A program made the position numbers and the translations under genes. The notes beneath the pieces are model-generated. The model did not search any database. It had not been told where the DNA came from and saw nothing but the letters and a program-made list of their open reading frames with translations. A stretch of DNA of 64,000 nt, from IMG/VR virus record IMGVR_UViG_3300042867_000160; one strand, written 5' to 3'. Below are positions 58,492 through 64,000 of this stretch, piece after piece (the stretch's first letter is position 1; each line of letters begins with the position of its first letter). The DNA is from an uncultured virus (IMG/VR IMGVR_UViG_3300042867_000160) (Duplodnaviria > Heunggongvirae > Uroviricota > Caudoviricetes).

Positions 58492-60524
58492 TATGTAAAC
58501 AGTTTATGTTTATGCTTTCCAGAACCAAATAGCCCTGATGATGATTGACCAAATAATCTACTTTGTTTTTTAATAGAATACATTGCTTGTACTCTTCCAT
58601 CTCCCTGCCCTCCTATTTTTCCCATAATAGGATCTAATTTCATAGCTAGTGCTACAGCTAATTCAGCTGCAATGATACGGTCAAAGTTACCATCTTCATT
58701 ATACTGAATCATTTCTTCTAAAAGAACAGGATCAAATATCTTAGCCATGCCCTTTGTTTCTTTTGTTATATTACCCTCTTCGTCTGTTTCTTTTAACAAA
58801 GTTTCCTCTGTATATTTCTTTAGACAATTGTGAAGAAAGTCCCTAATCTTTTCTGATGAACGATGTATACCATAGTCACGCCTCACGGTAGTATTTGGTA
58901 CAATGTCCTTTAACCAATCTGGTTGTCTCTCTAAGTAATGTGCATCTCCCTTTGCAATCATGTAATCAATAAATGAAATCTCATCATTCTCACATAGAGC
59001 CCTTGCATTAAAATACTTTATCAACATTCTAGCTTGTTCATCCCACACTTCTTTTTTATCAGGACGTGCAACGTACGAAGCTACAAACATATCTTGATAC
59101 TTTTCACCATTAATGGCATGCATCCTTTTATATATGTACACTGCTCCTAATGATGTAGAATATGCAGACTTACCTTGACGGTATGGATCGACTCCTGCTA
59201 CATATAATCCATAAGGAGGATTAGTAATTGGAAACTCATATATCACTATAGGAGCATCTTTAAGATCTGTATTCTTAAGAGGGAAGTTGGTGATGGGCAA
59301 TTTGTCTGTAAACTCATGCTTTATACCATCGCCATCATCATATAGCACAACAGGTGTTCCAGTACGTTCTTCTTGTAAGAGTCTGGACTTTTGTCGTTTT
59401 GCTCCCTCTATATCAAATATATTAGAATCTTCATTTAAGAATATATCATCCACTTCCTGTGGATAGTACATTTTCTCTTTTAAATAAGCAATTCTATCTC
59501 CTGCTTTTTTAAGTCTATCTAAGTTTTCATTAGTGATTTTTGTAGCCAGTTCTTCATTACTAACTAACATCTTTACATTATATAGCTCAGATTCTAATGG
59601 CTCATTTAAGTATTCACCAAGACTTGACTCTTCTTTGGCCTCCATCCTAAACTTATGAGAAATGAATAACCCATGTATCCTTGTCTCATCTTTAGCATTG
59701 TTATATTCTAGGAAGTTATAATTGGCTACATCGAACATTAAGCTTTTTGCATCCATAAACTTCTTCATATCCCCACCAGTTCCTGTAAGAATCGGTGAGC
59801 AACCCCAGCCAAAGGGTGTAGTGAAACCTGGAATAGCCGCTTGTAAACCTCGAAGGAAACTTCCTTTACCAATCTCATCTATAATTAATCTTCTAGGTTT
59901 TGTACCTGCAATTGCTTCTTCATTATTACCTTCATCAAGGTTACGTATAAGAATCTGTGAGAAGGGAATACGTTCTCCTCCTCTTGTCTTTATTCCTAGC
60001 GTCACTTGCTTGGCCCAATTATCTTCTACACGTTGCCATCTCCAAGCTTCTGGTAAATAATTGAGCCCTTTATCTATCTTATCTGTAATAAGCTTTATAT
60101 CGGGAGCATTTAGCCCTGAGATGATGTTCTGTGAGTTTTCATCAAACGTTGCCCCATGTGCCACGTATGATGCCTCTAGAACAGACTTAGCAAAACGTCT
60201 GATTCCAAGAATGATGAGCCCTTTCTTTTCTATCTGTGCTCTATCAATTTCATTTGTAACAATCCACTCATTATCACGTAATGATGGATTGGCATACACT
60301 TGATTTATTCTTCCTCTATCATCTATAACATCCACCTCTGTATGCCATGCATTGAGATGCCAATATAGAAAAGGATTAATGTAAACTCCGCCCATCATAC
60401 AGCCATTTGTGCACAGCTCCTCATGAAAGTCAAAGAACTCCTGATGCTCCGCACTATCTGGTGTAGGTAGACGTTTCTGGTTCATCATCCAGTCCTTATA
60501 GTCTACATTATGTAATTTTATCAT
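58491..60524 (-). CDS. terL: Terminase large subunit
   Basis: 677 aa. Walker A-like RRFAKS, Walker B LIIDEIGK, motif III LTGTGG, RNase H-like VAGVDPY and NFDR. Confidence 0.95.
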   Translation of the reverse strand: MIKLHNVDYKDWMMNQKRLPTPDSAEHQEFFDFHEELCTNGCMMGGVYINPFLYWHLNAWHTEVDVIDDRGRINQVYANPSLRDNEWIVTNEIDRAQIEKKGLIILGIRRFAKSVLEASYVAHGATFDENSQNIISGLNAPDIKLITDKIDKGLNYLPEAWRWQRVEDNWAKQVTLGIKTRGGERIPFSQILIRNLDEGNNEEAIAGTKPRRLIIDEIGKGSFLRGLQAAIPGFTTPFGWGCSPILTGTGGDMKKFMDAKSLMFDVANYNFLEYNNAKDETRIHGLFISHKFRMEAKEESSLGEYLNEPLESELYNVKMLVSNEELATKITNENLDRLKKAGDRIAYLKEKMYYPQEVDDIFLNEDSNIFDIEGAKRQKSRLLQEERTGTPVVLYDDGDGIKHEFTDKLPITNFPLKNTDLKDAPIVIYEFPITNPPYGLYVAGVDPYRQGKSAYSTSLGAVYIYKRMHAINGEKYQDMFVASYVARPDKKEVWDEQARMLIKYFNARALCENDEISFIDYMIAKGDAHYLERQPDWLKDIVPNTTVRRDYGIHRSSEKIRDFLHNCLKKYTEETLLKETDEEGNITKETKGMAKIFDPVLLEEMIQYNEDGNFDRIIAAELAVALAMKLDPIMGKIGGQGDGRVQAMYSIKKQSRLFGQSSSGLFGSGKHKHKLFT

Positions 60525-60853
60525 CCTCTATTTTTAAGAAACTTCTCTGCCTTTGAACTCATTCCAGCTCCACCTCTCACCTCAACCTTAGCTTCCTCCT
60601 TTTCACGCAACTTATCTACCACTTCTAGAAGAGCTAAATAGTTCTTCATTGTCTCCTGTATAAACTTACCTTGTGCTTCTATAGATGCAATAACCATAGG
60701 AAGAAGTCCACCTTTTCCTGTGGGTTTCCATTCAATCCTATCTACAAGTGTATGCATTGGATGAGCATCAACATATTGCCTCCATGAAGCTAATTGTTCT
60801 TCAGCCCATTCAAGCTCTGTATTAATATATGTAGTTTTCTTTATTGCTGCCAT
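60521..60853 (-). CDS. Putative terminase small subunit
   Basis: 110-aa helical ORF with ATGA overlap into TerL and C-terminal ...KVEVRGG. Position-based call. Confidence 0.5.
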   Translation of the reverse strand: MAAIKKTTYINTELEWAEEQLASWRQYVDAHPMHTLVDRIEWKPTGKGGLLPMVIASIEAQGKFIQETMKNYLALLEVVDKLREKEEAKVEVRGGAGMSSKAEKFLKNRG

Positions 60854-60859
60854 GAGAGT

Positions 60860-61147
60860 TTAGTCGTTATCCTCGTCGTCTAGAATTGTATCTAGATTCA
60901 TTCCTTCTTTTATAATCTTTTCAATCTGTGATTCTTCTACATAAGGTATTTTTGACATTAACCTTTCCTTATATGCATTGATTGAATTAAAAATCTGTTT
61001 ATCTGTCTTGCTCCACAAATATGCACCATTGTATTCTGTAAGAGCGTTTTGTAAATGCTTTCCTAAAGCGTAATTAGGATAGGCTTCTTTAAGCTCTAAT
61101 AAAACCTTAATGGTTTTCTCGTAATATTTATCTTCTATAAGGTTCAT
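60860..61147 (-). CDS. Hypothetical protein
   Basis: 95-aa ORF, translationally coupled by an ATGA overlap. Confidence 0.7.
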   Translation of the reverse strand: MNLIEDKYYEKTIKVLLELKEAYPNYALGKHLQNALTEYNGAYLWSKTDKQIFNSINAYKERLMSKIPYVEESQIEKIIKEGMNLDTILDDEDND

Positions 61148-61404
61148 ATAAGTTGGTTGAAATCTTCATCTGTTAATTTTGGAGATATATTGATTTCAAT
61201 CTCATTATTATCACCATCTTCAAAATCATTGTCTAATTCAAAATTATCTATAGCTTCTTGATTGACATATTCTTCTGTAAATATAACAGAGATTCTGTTG
61301 TCTTTTTCTGAGGCTATTAAATCAATGAAATCAACACCTTTATTATACAAGTCCATAAAGACATCTATAATCTCATCAAGAGGAACCTTCTTTATAATAG
61401 CCAT
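61144..61404 (-). CDS. Acidic hypothetical protein
   Basis: Start re-called at MAIIKK (TAATG overlap at 61404), 86 aa. Confidence 0.7.
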   Translation of the reverse strand: MAIIKKVPLDEIIDVFMDLYNKGVDFIDLIASEKDNRISVIFTEEYVNQEAIDNFELDNDFEDGDNNEIEINISPKLTDEDFNQLI

Positions 61405-61697
61405 TATGACGTTTGTTTTTTTAATATGTCTTCTTCTTCCACTGTATCTATTAAAGGTAACCATTTTTCTCTAGGACATCCACAAGATAAACATGACGAC
61501 TTTGCCTCTAGATTACATCCACAATCTGTACAATGTTCATCTGGCCTTAATGGCGTCTTGTGAAACTTAGAATGAAAAGGACATTCTGCACAAATGGCTA
61601 AACGCTCATTTCTAACATTACTAATTGTCACCTTCATATCACTAGAAGGAATAAGTAGGTTTTTATACCCCTCATAAATTTGTTTAAAATTAATCAT
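61404..61697 (-). CDS. Small Zn-finger protein (DUF6171-like pattern)
   Basis: RLAICAECP...HCTDCGC...K...CP..KW. Confidence 0.75.
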   Translation of the reverse strand: MINFKQIYEGYKNLLIPSSDMKVTISNVRNERLAICAECPFHSKFHKTPLRPDEHCTDCGCNLEAKSSCLSCGCPREKWLPLIDTVEEEDILKKQTS

Positions 61698-62043
61698 TAT
61701 CGCTGTTTGTTGGTTTTAGCAATTTTAATTGATCTTTAGTTTTTGTGTATATAACACCTGCTTTTTTTCTATATGCCTCTGTAGCATCTTCATCCATCAT
61801 ATCCTTCTCTGCTCTTTCTATCTTTGCTAAAAGAATCAATGTCTTTCTATCAGCCTTCTTCTCATTAAACACAAACTTACCAAATCCACTTATTTCTACA
61901 CTAATATTAGAATCTAAAGCATCATTAGCTGCTTGGAATTGATGATTAATTACAGCCTCAATCACCTTATTATTAATTGCCAACTTTACTGACAACGTTC
62001 TAATAAGAAAATCTTTAACAGACAATGATGCAGGTTTATTCAT
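61690..62043 (-). CDS. HU/IHF-like DNA-binding protein
   Basis: VIEAVI...AL..NISVEISGFGKF is the HU/IHF signature. Confidence 0.8.
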   Translation of the reverse strand: MNKPASLSVKDFLIRTLSVKLAINNKVIEAVINHQFQAANDALDSNISVEISGFGKFVFNEKKADRKTLILLAKIERAEKDMMDEDATEAYRKKAGVIYTKTKDQLKLLKPTNSDND

Positions 62044-62398
62044 TATGTTCTATTTTCATCTCTAGCGTAACATTGCTTGAGAATGGTAGAATAATAACTG
62101 AGTTCACCTTTATCTTACTTCCATCCTTAATAAACACCCCTATTTTCTTAAGCTTAGAGATGATGTTATTAATTGTAGGAGATGTAGAATTATATTTCTT
62201 ACAGAAATCTTCTCTTATAGACGAATAAGAAATGTTACCTCGTATAGCTGTAAATGCTACAAGCTGTATCTCTCTTTGTGTCAACTTTAAATCATTAATA
62301 GTAGACAATATAGAGTAATATTTCTCAGCCATAGAATAGTCATCCTCCACTTTACGTAGGAACTTCTGGACTATCACCTTCTTATTAACCTTTTCCAT
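62036..62398 (-). CDS. Winged-HTH DNA-binding protein
   Basis: LTQREIQLV...SPTINNIISKLKKIGVFIK. First gene of the late transcript. Confidence 0.75.
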   Translation of the reverse strand: MEKVNKKVIVQKFLRKVEDDYSMAEKYYSILSTINDLKLTQREIQLVAFTAIRGNISYSSIREDFCKKYNSTSPTINNIISKLKKIGVFIKDGSKIKVNSVIILPFSSNVTLEMKIEHNE

Positions 62399-62411
62399 AT
62401 TTAGTTTGCAA

Positions 62412-62442
62412 CAAATATATGTATTAATTCTGTAATATCAAA
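62412..62442 (-). promoter_or_regulatory. Bacteroidota primary-sigma promoter (TTTG-N19-TATATTTG) at head of the structural arm
   Basis: TTTG at 62442-62439, 19-nt spacer, TATATTTG at 62419-62412, 13 nt before the ATG. Confidence 0.85.
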
Positions 62443-62858
62443 TGTCTATAAATATGACATCGCTATATTATATATTAAATTTTGTATACATGAATGAAAC
62501 AGTGATTATTAAAAGATGAACATCAAGTCTTTTCATACAGTAGTATTGTAAATCTTTACTCCTAAATTCAAATCCTATCCCAAATTTAGAAGGACTATTT
62601 AAACGTATATTTATCATAATGTATATATTTATATATGGAGCCCCCCCTTATCCCCCCCAAAGGTGAGAAATCTTTTTTCAAATTCCAAAAAAAACTTTTC
62701 CCAAAATTTTATGCACCCCCCATATTGTTCATGTGCATGACTGTTTAGACCATTCCTGATTGCAACCCCTACGGGAAATTGTCGAGTCGGGGTCATCCCC
62801 TGCCTTTGTCCATTGTAGCAAGTGCTACAATGTCCACACAATTTAAATTAAAGTAACC

Positions 62859-63413
62859 ATGGCTAACGAAGCTAAAACTGCAGAAGCAACTGCACCAACA
62901 AATGCAAATACAACAGCTGACGCTGTTATTGATGTTATAGTAGAAGAGGTTCCACAAGTGGAGACTCTTGATGGCGCTGTATTTACAGTTCAAGCTAAAG
63001 ACATCAATAGCAGTATTTATGTTGCTCCTCGTGATTTCTTTCACAATGAGCTTCGCAAAGACAACAAGCCTAATCCACTTGCAGGTCAGCAGTATTGGAT
63101 TATTAATTACAATGGCATTGCATTTACCACAATGGATAAATCGTTTATTGATGCCAAGTCTAAATCTGATTTGTACGAGGTTAAATTAAAACGTACAGGT
63201 CAGTATTTAGAGCTCGTTAACTTTGAAACAATCAGCGGTAAGCGTAATACTGATGCATTGTTAAAAGAGGTTAAAGCTATTGAATTAGACATGCGTGAAA
63301 TGACTGCGTGGTCTAATAAAAGAATTGCAATGATTGGTGCTCTTGATGCTACTTCAGCACCTGCCGTCAATGAGGATTTGCGTGCTCAATTAATGGCTAA
63401 CATTAATCAGTAA
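62859..63413 (+). CDS. Hypothetical protein, first gene of the divergent (probably early) arm
   Basis: 184 aa, A-rich leader, codon usage typical of high expression (GCT, CGT), followed by a strong terminator. Confidence 0.8.
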   Translation: MANEAKTAEATAPTNANTTADAVIDVIVEEVPQVETLDGAVFTVQAKDINSSIYVAPRDFFHNELRKDNKPNPLAGQQYWIINYNGIAFTTMDKSFIDAKSKSDLYEVKLKRTGQYLELVNFETISGKRNTDALLKEVKAIELDMREMTAWSNKRIAMIGALDATSAPAVNEDLRAQLMANINQ

Positions 63414-63417
63414 CATT

Positions 63418-63454
63418 GAATAGAGAGAGCCTTCGGGCTTTCTCTTATTCTCTT
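63418..63454 (+). terminator. Intrinsic terminator with cUUCGg tetraloop
   Basis: AGAGAGAGCC-TTCG-GGCTTTCTCT followed by TATTCTCTT. Confidence 0.85.
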
Positions 63455-63752
63455 GCCTTGTCAAATGCTTTGCATTTGTTCCTTACAGATTAGTATTGCT
63501 TACGCATATGATAGCGAGGTTCGGATGGTTATGGCGTAATACTCCACATGTTCATGAAACTAATGCAATATTAACATTGTCTATTAGGAGAAAGTTAACT
63601 TTTATGGTAAAATAGCATTAGTTTGTTTGATTAAGTGGGTGTAAAAGAGTGGACGCGTGAACAGTATGGTGATAATAACACTAAATCAGATGTGTTCATT
63701 ATCATTGTTCATTAAATTATATAGCAATAACAACCTTTTAAACAATAAAGAC

Positions 63753-63884
63753 ATGATAGGATTCTTTAACTTAGAACATTGTGTGTTCTGTCATATTATA
63801 TCTATTGGTGATGATGGACATATAACTATTAATGCTAATGGTTATGAATACATTACATCTATGGATCAAATGATATTGTTGTAA
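63753..63884 (+). CDS. Small hypothetical protein (43 aa)
   Basis: MIGFFNLEHCVFCHII... The ATG follows the A-rich leader TTTTAAACAATAAAGAC. More plausible than the upstream GTG start in the ORF track. Confidence 0.5.
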   Translation: MIGFFNLEHCVFCHIISIGDDGHITINANGYEYITSMDQMILL

Positions 63885-64000
63885 TGAAATAACACCTATA
63901 AAACTGTATAATGTCACTAGTTGGTGTTCTTAGATCTAGATTACAACATTACACATCTCACAGAATATATATAATCGTCAACTGTATGAATCACAATGCA

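Noticed and set aside
52946..60524. Introns, inteins or homing endonucleases in TerL, portal or MCP (common in crAss-like phages)
   Set aside because: ORFs are continuous and of ordinary size, with no intein (C...HN) or LAGLIDADG/HNH signatures seen.
62629..63189. ORFs 62629..62841(-), 62793..63044(-) and 62968..63189(+)
   Set aside because: They overlap the better-supported 62859..63413 gene or the C-tract region, and have atypical composition.

Overview
This window is the virion-morphogenesis and ejected-protein arm of a crAss-like (Crassvirales-type) phage. The host is probably Bacteroidota, based on TTTG-N19-TAnnTTT[G/A] promoters and A-rich leaders without Shine-Dalgarno sites. The genetic code is standard (11). 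Almost everything from 62398 down to base 1 is on the minus strand, in this order: small DNA-binding genes, TerS candidate, TerL, portal, scaffold-like protein, major capsid, ring/auxiliary capsid/hub proteins, a Ser/Thr Gly-X-Y fibre with an S74 chaperone, Cys-rich and Thr-rich adhesin-like proteins, a metallophosphoesterase, ring and IHF-like genes, an apparently split muzzle gene, two cargo proteins punctuated by a PhixxGG motif, an 886-aa cargo protein, a 4216-aa zincin + virion RNA polymerase + ASCH polyprotein and a 1647-aa PD-(D/E)xK protein. The last gene is a second giant Gly-X-Y fibre (5671 to <1) that the ORF track missed because it runs off the window. After a C-tract/hairpin-rich switch region (62400-62858), genes continue on the plus strand. 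The main leads are: (i) about 20 PhixxGGxPhi motifs that delimit cargo modules, including two cell-wall hydrolases; (ii) two nearly proline-free Ser/Thr collagen-like paralogues with shared beads and an Arg register motif; (iii) small Cys modules shared among unrelated tail genes; (iv) a GC-rich multi-hairpin, partly tRNA-like element after the capsid gene; (v) a shared motif upstream of late promoters. All family assignments come from motif reading and gene order by eye. No database searches were run.
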